DNA of 64,000 nt from the NCBI GenBank assembly GCA_965198115.1, contig OZ240241.1, forward strand, positions 3,136,001 to 3,200,000, in the 5' to 3' direction. A program made the position numbers and the translations under genes. The notes beneath the pieces were generated by a model. That model ran no database searches. It was not told the DNA's origin and saw only the letters and a list, made by a program, of their open reading frames with translations. The stretch is from Candidatus Latescibacterota bacterium (GTDB taxonomy: Bacteria; Latescibacterota; UBA2968). Below, piece by piece: positions 40,466 through 50,265 of this stretch. Within the stretch, counting starts at the first letter, position 1. The number at the start of each line of letters is the position of its first letter.

Positions 40466-41103
40466 CACGTCCGGCCCCCGATGCGCTGAGACTCCGCCTC
40501 GGCCGCCGGCGTCAGGGCCGCCCCGCAAGACGAGCAGCTGGCTGCAGCGGGATGATTGCCCCTCCCGCACGTCGGACACGGCAGGGGCGCGTGGGTCGCG
40601 TGCGGCTTGAACAATCCAGTCAGAACGGGCGCGTCGGGCGTCGTCCTCCGTGTGTAGATGGCTGCGAGCGCGGCCACATTCGCAATCAGACCGGCCGCGA
40701 ACCACAGCAACGCAGAGTACCCCTTGCGAATCGCGATGTGGCTGGCCAGCGCGCCCGATGCCAGGCCGACGCACATCCATACACCTACGTAGAGCCAGCC
40801 GAGCCCGAGCGACCACGTTTCGTCCTCCTGGAACAGGGCACCTCGCGGCTGTAGGCTGGAAAAGAAATCCTGGGGGGCGCTGAAAAACATGCCGACGGCA
40901 TCCTTGTGGACCGTCACGCGCCTCCCTCGATGGAGGAACGCCACCCCGTCCTTGTCCGATAGAAACACGCCGGAAATGAGGCAGCGGTCGCCTTCCCGAA
41001 TAGACATCGTCACAAGGTTGTCCGGTACAGCCCCCTCGGCGGCGCCGGGACACGCGACCACAAGGGCAAGACCCAAGACGTACACTCGTAGAGAGGATGG
41101 CAT
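40465..41103 (-). CDS. Membrane protein with a signal peptide, degenerate YHS-like domain, 2 TM and a C-terminal zinc ribbon
   Basis: GDRCLISG..HRGRRV..FFSAPQDFF; CPTCG..CSSCG; TGATG coupling to the downstream gene. Confidence 0.6.
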   Translation of the reverse strand: MPSSLRVYVLGLALVVACPGAAEGAVPDNLVTMSIREGDRCLISGVFLSDKDGVAFLHRGRRVTVHKDAVGMFFSAPQDFFSSLQPRGALFQEDETWSLGLGWLYVGVWMCVGLASGALASHIAIRKGYSALLWFAAGLIANVAALAAIYTRRTTPDAPVLTGLFKPHATHAPLPCPTCGRGNHPAAASCSSCGAALTPAAEAESQRIGGRT

Positions 41104-41105
41104 TC

Positions 41106-42044
41106 TCATCCTGACACCTCTCCGGATCTGTACAGTGTCTTCAGACGTCTGATGTATTCCCGATCTCGTTTCTCGATCGCTTCGTCGAACTTTTCAGGAT
41201 CCACGAACCAGGGTCTCTTTTCCGCCATCCGCGCCCGGATCTTCTCAGCGACCTCATCCTCCGGGTCTGAACTTCGTCCCGACCCGGCATCGGCCGGCCA
41301 CTTCCAGAGACCCGCCAGGTCGTAGTGCATGAATGGTCCTTCGTGCGGCATCCGGAAACCGAACGTGGTCTGCACACCCAACTCGATGTCTTCAGCAGTC
41401 GCCATCCCCTCCGCCCACAGACGCGCAGCCTCTCGACCCGCAGCCCCTTGAATCCGATTCAGCAAGTAGCCGGGCTTCTCCTTGAGAAGCCGGATCGGGA
41501 TCCGGCCCGCCTTTACCATCACCTCGCAGATGAGCTCATAGGTCTCATCACTCGTGCCCGGTCCTTTTGCTACTTCGACACCCGGCACGATGTGGGGCGG
41601 CGCAAAGTAGTGTGTCAATCCGATCTTGTCCTGCCGCTTCACACCTGCACCGATTTCACTCATCACGAAACCGGACGTATTGCTTACCAGTGTATGCGTC
41701 GGACACGATGCGTCCAGCCTGTTGAAGAGTTCCTGCTTGTCTTCCAGGCGCTCGACGATCGCTTCCGTGACGAAATCGCTCTCCGTAGCGAGCGTGTCGA
41801 GATCCGTGGTCAGCCTCATTCGATCCACTGCCGTTGTTGCCTCTTCCTCGGTGACAAGTTCCTCTTCCACGAAGAGGTCAAGCGATTTGCGGACTTCCCT
41901 TCGTGTGCCGTCAAGGGCCTCCTCGCTCACGTCGTTGACAATCGTCATGTAGCCACCTAGCGCAAAGTTGAGGGCTATCCCGAAACCCATCGTACCGCCA
42001 CCGACCACGCCGACCGTCTTGATGTCAGATAGATTCATCAGCAT
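41106..42044 (-). CDS. 3-hydroxyacyl-CoA dehydrogenase family protein
   Basis: GGGTMGFGIA, EAIVERLEDK, SNTS, THYFAPP, GYLLNRIQ. Confidence 0.92.
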   Translation of the reverse strand: MLMNLSDIKTVGVVGGGTMGFGIALNFALGGYMTIVNDVSEEALDGTRREVRKSLDLFVEEELVTEEEATTAVDRMRLTTDLDTLATESDFVTEAIVERLEDKQELFNRLDASCPTHTLVSNTSGFVMSEIGAGVKRQDKIGLTHYFAPPHIVPGVEVAKGPGTSDETYELICEVMVKAGRIPIRLLKEKPGYLLNRIQGAAGREAARLWAEGMATAEDIELGVQTTFGFRMPHEGPFMHYDLAGLWKWPADAGSGRSSDPEDEVAEKIRARMAEKRPWFVDPEKFDEAIEKRDREYIRRLKTLYRSGEVSG

Positions 42045-42099
42045 TCCGCATCTGTTGTGATCGAGGAGAGGGGGCGTTCTACGGCACCGGGGAAGGTTG

Positions 42100-42244
42100 G
42101 ACGCGAAGGCTCAAAGACGCGAAGACGCTAAGGAACGGAAGGTAGAATCGAGTCACCTGGTGAAATGTAGAAGATGTCCGCAGACCTCTCGGACTCCCCA
42201 TCCCTATGTTTCCTTCGTGCCTTGGAGTCTTCGCGCCTTCGCGT
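42100..42244. repeat. Mini-element of two inverted arms built from 8-bp units (YCTTNGYG)
   Basis: GACGCGAA GGCTCAAA GACGCGAA GACGCTAA GGAA ... TT CCTTCGTG CCTTGGAG TCTTCGCG CCTTCGCG T. Confidence 0.75.
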
Positions 42245-42346
42245 TCCCACTCCCCCCGAGTTCGTCAAAACCGCGTAACGTTCCTCACAATGACACTCGT
42301 CTCCTACCTCGTATGGCCTCGTACCCCGTTCTCTGCGTTGACAAGT

Positions 42347-44020
42347 TTACGACGGGAGCCACGCTCTGGGGGCGATGCCTTCTAGATGGGTCTTCACATC
42401 GACGACGGCCGGCTTGCCGGAATCGAACGCCTGGTCGAGCGCGCTCGAGAGCTCGTTTGGTTTGTTGACGGTGATGCCCAGACATCCCATCGACTCGGCC
42501 ATCTTCGCAAAATCGGCCTCGGGGAAAAGCCATAGTTCGTCCGAACCTTTAGTCCGACCGCCATAGACGCCCTCGACGCCGCCCTGCTCCTGATTCAGCG
42601 AGTGGTTGTTGTTGACAACCGTGACTGTGTTGATGCCGTTCTTCATGGCCGTGTCGAGCTCGGTCATGTGATACCAGATGCCGCCGTCACCCGTGAAGCA
42701 CAGCACCGGCCGATCCGGCTGTGCGCACTTCGCACCGATGGCCGCCGGCAATCCCCATCCCAATGAACCCGCACAACGCAGGAAGGTCTGATCGGGATGG
42801 CTGAAGTCGAGCATCGTACCGGTCCAGATGCCGGAGTGCCCCGTATCCGACACGAGAATCACGTTCGACGGAAGATAGTCGGTCAGCTCCTTGCACAACC
42901 GCTCCGGCCGCATCGGGACCTCATCCGAATCCACCTTGTCCTGGACGCTCGCCCTCCACTCGGCCACGAGCTCGTGAACACGGCCGATCCACTCGCTCCG
43001 CGGCTCGGCCGCATCCGCCTGCTCGACCATGCGTCGGAGAGAATTTCGAACGTCGCCCTGCATCCCGAGTTGGATCGAATAATTTCGTCCCAGTTCTTCA
43101 GCGTTGATGTCGAGTTGGATGACCGGCGTTCCCTGCGGCGGTATGCGATACTGATGGGTCACTTGGCCGCCCGCGTGACTTCCTATGAAGAAGACGAGGT
43201 CCGCTTCGCAAAGGGCTTTGTTCGTACAGAAGCGCGAGTAGTTGCCCGGTGTACCCAGCGCCAGCTCGTGATCGGTCGGAAACATCGCCTTCGCGTTCAG
43301 CGAGGTCGCTACCGGAATCGACAACTTCTCTGCGAGCGCAATCAGTTCTGCCCGAGCACTCGATGTCGTCACCCCACCGCCAGCCACAATGACGGGGCGC
43401 TTTGCCTCGGCCAGTAGCTTGAGGGCTTTCGCCACTGCCTCTGGCTCAACTTCAGGCCTGAAGGGCGGCACGCGGGCGAACACCTCTTCGACTATTCCGT
43501 CGAGATCTGCTTCCTGATCCACTACGGCCGCTCCACTCAACGCTTCGAGATCCAAATGCGCGGGGCCCGGCGTGCCCGTGGTCGCCGCGCGAAAAGCCTG
43601 GCGTAGGTAGACCGGCAACTGCTCCGGCGTGGCCACGTCGGCGCTATACTTGGTCACGGCTGAGAAGGGATTGACGTGGTCGACTTCCTGGTAGGCGTGG
43701 CGCTGCTGACTGATATGAGTTTCGCGCCCCGTAATGGCGACGACCGGGGAGCAAGCCAGATACGCGTCCTGCAACCCCGCGGCGAGATTGACCGCCCCAA
43801 CCGACTGTGCCATGCACAATCCGGGGCCTCGACTCACGCGAGCATAGGCATCCGCCATATACGCGGCAGCTTTCTCGCCGTGCGTCTGAATGCGCTTCAT
43901 CCCGAGGTTCTCCATCTCCATCAATGCCCTTGGGGCGATGTAGGGCATGAAGAAGACGTGCGTAATCCCCAAACCGTGAACGGAATCAGCCAGAAACTTC
44001 GCGCCAGTCATTTTTGGCAT
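42347..44020 (-). CDS. Thiamine pyrophosphate-dependent enzyme (acetolactate synthase-like)
   Basis: HGEKAAAYMADAYAR, GSLGWGLPAAIGAK, GDGGIWY..NNHS. Confidence 0.9.
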   Translation of the reverse strand: MPKMTGAKFLADSVHGLGITHVFFMPYIAPRALMEMENLGMKRIQTHGEKAAAYMADAYARVSRGPGLCMAQSVGAVNLAAGLQDAYLACSPVVAITGRETHISQQRHAYQEVDHVNPFSAVTKYSADVATPEQLPVYLRQAFRAATTGTPGPAHLDLEALSGAAVVDQEADLDGIVEEVFARVPPFRPEVEPEAVAKALKLLAEAKRPVIVAGGGVTTSSARAELIALAEKLSIPVATSLNAKAMFPTDHELALGTPGNYSRFCTNKALCEADLVFFIGSHAGGQVTHQYRIPPQGTPVIQLDINAEELGRNYSIQLGMQGDVRNSLRRMVEQADAAEPRSEWIGRVHELVAEWRASVQDKVDSDEVPMRPERLCKELTDYLPSNVILVSDTGHSGIWTGTMLDFSHPDQTFLRCAGSLGWGLPAAIGAKCAQPDRPVLCFTGDGGIWYHMTELDTAMKNGINTVTVVNNNHSLNQEQGGVEGVYGGRTKGSDELWLFPEADFAKMAESMGCLGITVNKPNELSSALDQAFDSGKPAVVDVKTHLEGIAPRAWLPS

Positions 44021-44072
44021 ATGGTTTCCCTATTGTGATGCATTGGTCGTTGTCGTTGACCTGTCATGCCCG

Positions 44073-44142
44073 TCGAATGTCCAACACCGAATGTCGATCG
44101 CCTGTTCGGCATCCCGAGTTCGATGTTGGACATTGGGCGTTG
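44073..44142. repeat. Inverted repeat made of 7-bp periodic units
   Basis: CGAATGT CCAACAC CGAATGT versus TTCGATG TTGGACA TTGGGCG. Confidence 0.65.
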
Positions 44143-44152
44143 TCCCTCCACA

Positions 44153-45850
44153 TCAGACCAGCCGGAAGGGCTTCGCTGGACGTCCGCCTTCGGGCAACCC
44201 AAGGGGCAATTTCACATCCAGCAGCATCGGCCGCTGCTCTTTCGTCACGACGTTCAGTCCGCGATCCAGCGCGTCGGCCAGGTCGGATTCCTCTTCTACG
44301 CTCGCACCTTCGACGCCGAATCCCTCGGCGATCTTGACCGGGTCAATATCTTCGAGGACAACACCAGCGTATTCACCCGTCTCCTTCATGACCCCATCGG
44401 CCCGCGCAAACGCCCCCGACACGACGCCGTAGGACTGGTTGTTCGAAATCACGTAGAGCACCGGTATCCCGTGGTGCACCGTTGTCCACACGCCCGAATC
44501 GGAATAGTACATCGACCCATCTCCAACTAGCCCGATGACCGGACGGTCAGGAGCCGCCAGCTTGAGGCCCACGGTGCCGCCAATGCCGTAGCCCTCCGAA
44601 CCTCCCGCAGCGCGTACGTATGTATTCTTGCCGCTGGGTTCGGCCACGCCGTCGAGCGTCACCGCATACTGTTCCACCATGACGTAGCCGCCTCCAGCGC
44701 GCGCCAGGGCTTCGTCCATCGCGTTCGCCAGCACCCACGGACGGACGCGTCCAGGAACAGGCCCAAGGCTTTGCGCCGACTCGACCCGTTTCGCGCGAAG
44801 CGTTTCGGCCTTCGCCAACGCCCACGCTCGACGGTCGTCGAACCGCTCTGACTTGGCCTGACCTTCCAGTCGCTCGAGCATGCGACCTTCGTCAGCCAGC
44901 ACTGCGAGGTCCAGCCCAGGTATGTTTTTGAGATTGTCCACGTCGGAGCCAATCGCAATCAGGCGTTCAGCCTTCGAGATGGTCCGGAAGTCGTTTGGTG
45001 ACCCCCGCCCACTCATTCGAACGCCAAGGCAGACAACCAGGTCCGGCTCAAGCCCCGCCACAGCTTCGTCGAACCGTCCACAATGCAGCGGGTGGTCCTT
45101 GTGTACGCGCTTTTCCACCCAGCCTCCAGAAATGGCGGTGCCATAGCGTTCGGCAAAGGAAACCAGGTGAACGTCTGCACCGCTCTTCCACACACCGTCG
45201 CCCGCGTAGATCAGAGGCCGTTCTGCATCGTGGAGTGCGCGTGCTACCGCTTCAACGTCGCTGTCTGAGGGATAGCCCGCCTTCAGGTCGGGAATCGGTC
45301 CCTCGATCAACTGGGTGGTCACCTGCCGATCGTCCAACAACCGATCGTAGACGGCCAGGTGCACCGGGCCGACCGGGGGCGTCTTTGCAACCAGCAGCGC
45401 CCGGTAAATCGCCTGCGGCAGCCCATCCGGTTCGATCACTGCCCAACTCGCCTTGGTAAAGGGTCCGGCGATCGACGTCGGACCCACGTTGTGGCTGAGG
45501 TCCAGACCGATCTTGTCCCCATAGCTTCCCGTATCCCCTGCAAAGGTGATGACCACGACCGGTAGACTGCCGCTCCAGACGTTGATCAGCTGTCCCAGGC
45601 ATTGTGACAGACCGGCGCCCAGGTGCACTGACATCACGGCCGGGTCCAGATTGACTTGCGTGTATCCTCCGGCCATGGCCGCCACGCTTCCCTCGTGCAG
45701 CGCCAGGATGCCGTCGATATCAGGATGCACGTGAAGCGCATCGAAGAAACGTGCCTCGCGCGAGCCAGAATTGTAGAACAGATACTTCACACCCGATGCA
45801 GCCAGCTGCTCGACCATGATCTGAGATGGATTGCCTGTGATCGGCCTCAT
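44153..45850 (-). CDS. Thiamine pyrophosphate-dependent enzyme (benzoylformate decarboxylase-like)
   Basis: NSGSRE, ALHEGSVAAMAGGY, GDGSMYY..SNNQSYG. Confidence 0.85.
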   Translation of the reverse strand: MRPITGNPSQIMVEQLAASGVKYLFYNSGSREARFFDALHVHPDIDGILALHEGSVAAMAGGYTQVNLDPAVMSVHLGAGLSQCLGQLINVWSGSLPVVVITFAGDTGSYGDKIGLDLSHNVGPTSIAGPFTKASWAVIEPDGLPQAIYRALLVAKTPPVGPVHLAVYDRLLDDRQVTTQLIEGPIPDLKAGYPSDSDVEAVARALHDAERPLIYAGDGVWKSGADVHLVSFAERYGTAISGGWVEKRVHKDHPLHCGRFDEAVAGLEPDLVVCLGVRMSGRGSPNDFRTISKAERLIAIGSDVDNLKNIPGLDLAVLADEGRMLERLEGQAKSERFDDRRAWALAKAETLRAKRVESAQSLGPVPGRVRPWVLANAMDEALARAGGGYVMVEQYAVTLDGVAEPSGKNTYVRAAGGSEGYGIGGTVGLKLAAPDRPVIGLVGDGSMYYSDSGVWTTVHHGIPVLYVISNNQSYGVVSGAFARADGVMKETGEYAGVVLEDIDPVKIAEGFGVEGASVEEESDLADALDRGLNVVTKEQRPMLLDVKLPLGLPEGGRPAKPFRLV

Positions 45851-46040
45851 GCGGGCACCGCTCCTTCCTTCGGGAGATTCTTCAGGTTGTGCAGATCCAT
45901 TAGCATCGTGACCTTCATGATTGGGACAAACCGTGTGACGCGCTACTGTCGAAAGCACCTTTCAGCCAGGCGCAAGACTTGAACGTTCCTTTCGCTCCCC
46001 AGTAGACTCCTCTGCAGCCCAGAGTCTTGACTTTCAAGCA

Positions 46041-46684
46041 GTCATGACCTCCGGCAAAGCCGGAGGCTTGAAAACTTGTGAACCGCTCAAAGCGGTTGGA
46101 AACCAAGCGCCACCTAAAGGTGGCGATTACCTGAAAATGTTGAGCTGGTCGAGACGCCGGTCCTCCCGCTCCTGGTTCTGGATATACTCCCGAACCGTCT
46201 GTTCATCCTTGCCAACGGTGGAGACCCAGTAGCCTCTTGCCCAGAAATGCTGCCCGGTGAAGTTCGACCTAACCTACGTCCCAGATAGTTCCGAGCAATG
46301 TGAATCGCACTCTTTCCTTTGATGAACCCTACCGTCTGAGCTACTGAGTGCTTCGGCGGGATCGAAATCAACGTGTGCACATGGTCGGATCGCAGGTGAC
46401 CCTCTTCCACACGGCATTCCTTCTGTGCGGCCAGATCCCGAATCACCTCCCAGATAGCGACGAATTTCACCATACAACACTTTTCTACGATACTTCCGAA
46501 CCCAAACAACGTCATACTTGCACTCCCATACCGTGTGACGTAGACTCCTTACGTTGTTCATTAGAGAGCCTTCCTTCCGTGTGCTTTGAGCGGTCCACGG
46601 CAAGGGAGGCTCTTACATATTTCTGGAACTGTCAAACTCTGGGAGTCTCCCCGGCAGAGCCGGGGGCTTACCAAGGTTTAGTTA
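46041..46684 (-). mobile_element. IS200/IS605-family IS (TnpA only), copy 1, frameshifted
   Basis: Subterminal hairpins CCTCCGGCAAAGCCGGAGG and CCCCGGCAGAGCCGGGG; indels relative to copy 2. Confidence 0.9.
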
Positions 46685-46808
46685 GCTCATCCGCTCGTCC
46701 AGGCACGACGATTGCCCCATCCACGACTGATCGTATTCATACAACAACTTCAGAGTTGAAAACCACACGTTAAGGATTTAGCTTCTATCTAGTTAGATGA
46801 GGATCTCT

Positions 46809-47234
46809 ATGTCGGATGAATATGGAACACGCGATGTCTTCGAACAGGTCGGGACACGACTGAGCAATGTCGAGCAGGATATACGTACTCTGAGAACTGA
46901 GTTGAACGAGGGATTCGAAAGGCAGGATGCACGATTCGACTCCCTGCGGAATGAAATGAATGAGGGATTTGGAAGACAGGATTCACGACTGAATGAGGGG
47001 TTCGTGAGGCAGGACTCGCGACTCGAGGCCTCACGGAATGAAACGAGCGCAGGGTTCGTGAGGCAGGATTCGCGGCTGGATGCCCTCCGCAATGAAATGA
47101 AGGAAGGGTTCGCTAGGCAGGACTCACGAACTGATGCCCTGAATACAAAGGTAGACCTACATTTCCGCTGGCTCATCGGAATCCTGTTCGCCAGCTGGCT
47201 CTCGATTATGGCATCCTTCTGGCTCAAACCGTAA
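46809..47234 (+). CDS. Small coiled-coil repeat protein with a C-terminal TM (DUF1640/CCDC90-like)
   Basis: Repeated (LRNEM)NEGFxRQDSRL units; ends VDLHFRWLIGILFASWLSIMASFW. Confidence 0.7.
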   Translation: MSDEYGTRDVFEQVGTRLSNVEQDIRTLRTELNEGFERQDARFDSLRNEMNEGFGRQDSRLNEGFVRQDSRLEASRNETSAGFVRQDSRLDALRNEMKEGFARQDSRTDALNTKVDLHFRWLIGILFASWLSIMASFWLKP

Positions 47235-47307
47235 CTCGGGGTTAAGTAAGGATCCACGCGCAAGAGGGTCGCGACAGATGTCGTGACCCTTTCGTTTTGC
47301 CTCCGAT

Positions 47308-48666
47308 ATGGAGCAATTGGTAGCTCAGCTCACCTATTCAATGCCTCAGCTCACCTACCGCAGACTCCTCTCCCTCTTCCTGCCTCTGGCACTCAGCGGC
47401 ATCCTCTACCCGATTTCGCGACCGATCATCAACGCCGCGTTGGCGCGCTCTCCAGATCCGATCACCGCGATTGTAGCTTTTGCCGTAGCCTACAGCATCA
47501 GCATGCCCCTCCAGTCCCCGATGTTCGGGTTGCGCCAGATCATCACCGCCCTTGCGGTGGATCGCCAGATGCTCCGCATCGTGTCGCGTCTCAATCTCAC
47601 GATCGGAATCGGCTCCACACTCGCTGTTCTGCTCGTCGCCCTCACGCCGCTCTACAGATACATCGTCGAGGGGCTCATGGACATCCCATCCAGCATCGCT
47701 CGCGTCGGGCCGCTTGTGTTGGTCGTCATCGCCACCGGTCCTTTGATTACGGCAGGCAGGGGCTACTATCAGGGCATTCTCGTCCGACACGGAATCAGCA
47801 TTCCCGTGGGCGTGGGGGCACTCGGCTTTCTGATCGTTGGGTCGACGCTGCTCTGGGCGGGCGTTCTTTGGACGGAGTGGGAAGGGGCGCTGTTGGCCGC
47901 CATCTCGATGATGTGCGGTCAGCTGGTTTACCTGGCGTGCGTTTGGCGGCCGGCCAGGCCGATCATTCGGGATCGCATACCCGAACACAGCCCTTCGATC
48001 CAACCCGAACAGCGATCGACTAACTACGTCTTCCGCTTCTATCTCCCTCTTGCCGTGTCGACCCTACTGATGACGCTGGTCGAACCGGTGATTCAGGGGG
48101 CGATGGCGCGGTCGCCGCAGGCGGAGGCATCCCTTGCGGCCTATTCCGTGTGCATCTCCTTCATCTGGCTCGCGGGAGCACCCCTTTGGAACCTTCAACA
48201 GGTGGTCATTTCAGAGGTAACCGGGCGTCAGTCTCTGCAGGTCGTTCACAGGTTTTCGATCCTCGTCAGCGCAGTCCTCACGCTCCTCCTGGCGATGCTG
48301 GCGCTGCCACCCGTTGCCAGTTGGCTATTTGGGTCGGTCATCGGTGTGACGGGCGAGGTGAAAACAGTGGCGGTGGATGGCTTCAAATGGCTCGTACCTG
48401 CGGGACTGTTTATGGGTCTGCGCAGCCTTTATCACGGTGTTCTCACGTGCCGGGGAAAGACGGGTGGTATCCAGACGGCCTCGTTTGTGCGCACGGGAGC
48501 GCTGGTAATCGCTTTGGTCGGTGGTGTTTCGTGGGGTAAGGTGAACGGATTCCTGATCGCTGCCGGAGCTCAGGTGATCTCAGCGATCGTTGAAGTGGCC
48601 TTCCTTCGACGGTATACCAAGGATCTGGATTGGGAGGATGAGAACGAATCCGGTTCCCTGGACTGA
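47308..48666 (+). CDS. MOP/MATE-superfamily transporter, ANKH-like
   Basis: About 12 TM with internal duplication FLPLALS..INAALAR / YLPLAVS..IQGAMAR. Confidence 0.7.
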   Translation: MEQLVAQLTYSMPQLTYRRLLSLFLPLALSGILYPISRPIINAALARSPDPITAIVAFAVAYSISMPLQSPMFGLRQIITALAVDRQMLRIVSRLNLTIGIGSTLAVLLVALTPLYRYIVEGLMDIPSSIARVGPLVLVVIATGPLITAGRGYYQGILVRHGISIPVGVGALGFLIVGSTLLWAGVLWTEWEGALLAAISMMCGQLVYLACVWRPARPIIRDRIPEHSPSIQPEQRSTNYVFRFYLPLAVSTLLMTLVEPVIQGAMARSPQAEASLAAYSVCISFIWLAGAPLWNLQQVVISEVTGRQSLQVVHRFSILVSAVLTLLLAMLALPPVASWLFGSVIGVTGEVKTVAVDGFKWLVPAGLFMGLRSLYHGVLTCRGKTGGIQTASFVRTGALVIALVGGVSWGKVNGFLIAAGAQVISAIVEVAFLRRYTKDLDWEDENESGSLD

Positions 48667-48687
48667 TTCGGTTGTGACTTCGGATGG

Positions 48688-48921
48688 ATGTGGAGAGTGA
48701 ATAGCGGCGAGGCGCTTGTTCTGGACGTGTTGGTAGACGACTCGGTGATCTGTGAACTCAAGTCGGTTGAACAGATGTTGCCAGTGCACGAAGCCCAGAC
48801 TCTGACCCAGCTTGGTATGTCAGGTAAGCACCTGGGATTCCTGATCAATTTCAATGTCGCCCTGATCAAGGACGGAATCCGAAGATTCGTCAACTCCGAT
48901 CTCGGATTGCACCGGGACTGA
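48688..48921 (+). pseudogene. C-terminal remnant of a GxxExxY (PD-(D/E)XK) protein
   Basis: LDVLVDDSVICELKSVE..PVHEAQ..GFLINFNVALIKDGIRR; N-terminal GxxExxY half absent. Confidence 0.8.
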
Positions 48922-48960
48922 ATGTCACCCATCTCCTGACGTTTTTCTACCTGCCCCTCG

Positions 48961-49005
48961 TTTCCTTGGCGTCTTCGCGTCTTAGAGTCTTCGCGCCTTA
49001 GCGTC
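48961..49005. repeat. 8-bp-periodic repeat arm downstream of the GxxExxY remnant
   Basis: CCTTGGCG TCTTCGCG TCTTAGAG TCTTCGCG CCTTAGCG. Confidence 0.8.
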
Positions 49006-49072
49006 TCCACTACCCCCCGACCAGGCAGCAGCAACCAACCCGGCCGCACACGTCACCCCTCTGTTCCTCCCA

Positions 49073-50251
49073 TCAGAAGTCAATCTCCCGCAGCTCGGTC
49101 GTCTCCGTCGTCATCTGCTCCGACCCGTCTTCCGTAATCACGTGGACGTCTTCCCACGTGAATTGAACGTCTCCCGATTGAACCCCCGGTTCCGTGCTGA
49201 TCACCATACCGGGCTCCAGCTCCGTGTCATCTTCAGGGCAAATGCTAGGGGGTTCGGTCACCATCAAACCTTGTCCGTGTCCCATCCGGACCTGGCCGAA
49301 CCACTCCAGTCCGGGCATTCCCGACGCGACCTCCTCGACCGCCTTCCGGCTCTCGTCAAACAGGCTCGAACACGATAGACCGGGCTGCAGCGCCTCGGTC
49401 ATACGTTGACTCACTTCGATGGATGCGGCGTGAACGCTCTTCTGAAGTTCGTTCGCCTCCCCGAGTGTGGCCATTCGTACGTAGTCGATCGTATGCGTCC
49501 CCACGTAAGCGCCTGCGTCGAGTGCGAGCACGCTTCCCCGCTCTAACCGCCGATCGTAGTGGAACGGATTGCTGCTCCCCGGTAGGCCTCCTTGCAGGAT
49601 GACGAAAGACGTTCTGTCACCTCCCTCCTCCGCAATCAGGCGACGCATCGAACGGGCCACATCCCGTTCCGTCATCCCTTCGGAGATCGAATCGAACAGT
49701 CGCTGCCTCGCTCTCCCCGTGATGTCGGCGGCCTGCCTCATGCAAGCCAGCTCTTCGTCCGACTTGACCATCCTCAGAGCGATCAAGACTTCCGCGGCGT
49801 CCACGAACTCGCGCGTGGGCAGTGCCTCCACGAGACCCAGATAAGCACCCAATGGCATGCCCATCCGCTGCTCGAGGCCCAATTCCGCCCCGATTCGACC
49901 CGACCGTCGATCGATATCCTCGAGCGTTCCTCGTGTGAGCCCAACCGGGAAAGAGAAGAGATCCGTGTAGGGACGGATGTCGTCGACATACGTACCCAGC
50001 GCGATACTGTCGGGACTTTGCGTGATGATGATCGGCTCCTCGTCTAATGGGAGGATGAACACAGACGGTCGCGTGACGGAATAATGGAGAGCAATGCTCG
50101 CCGTTGTGCCGGTGAAGTACTGGAAATTCTCCTCGCCGCTCACGATCAGGGCGTCGAGCTCTCGAAGACCCATCAGGTCCTTGGCTCGGGCATATCGATG
50201 CTCCATCTCCTGCAGCGAGAAAAGCGCATAGTCCAACGTTTCGGATTTCAT
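49073..50251 (-). CDS. M24 family Xaa-Pro peptidase-like protein
   Basis: RMVKSDEE, LDAG..IDYVR, GHGQG, TEPG, WED. Confidence 0.85.
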   Translation of the reverse strand: MKSETLDYALFSLQEMEHRYARAKDLMGLRELDALIVSGEENFQYFTGTTASIALHYSVTRPSVFILPLDEEPIIITQSPDSIALGTYVDDIRPYTDLFSFPVGLTRGTLEDIDRRSGRIGAELGLEQRMGMPLGAYLGLVEALPTREFVDAAEVLIALRMVKSDEELACMRQAADITGRARQRLFDSISEGMTERDVARSMRRLIAEEGGDRTSFVILQGGLPGSSNPFHYDRRLERGSVLALDAGAYVGTHTIDYVRMATLGEANELQKSVHAASIEVSQRMTEALQPGLSCSSLFDESRKAVEEVASGMPGLEWFGQVRMGHGQGLMVTEPPSICPEDDTELEPGMVISTEPGVQSGDVQFTWEDVHVITEDGSEQMTTETTELREIDF

Positions 50252-50265
50252 GATTCCTGATCCTC

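Noticed and set aside
5613-41053. Long N-terminal extensions and antisense ORFs in the ORF track (e.g. 5613-6497, 5987-7384, 25611 start, 41053 start, 7735-8571)
   Set aside because: They overlap well-supported genes, are Arg/Pro/Gly-rich shadow frames of GC-rich DNA, and downstream starts have proper RBSs
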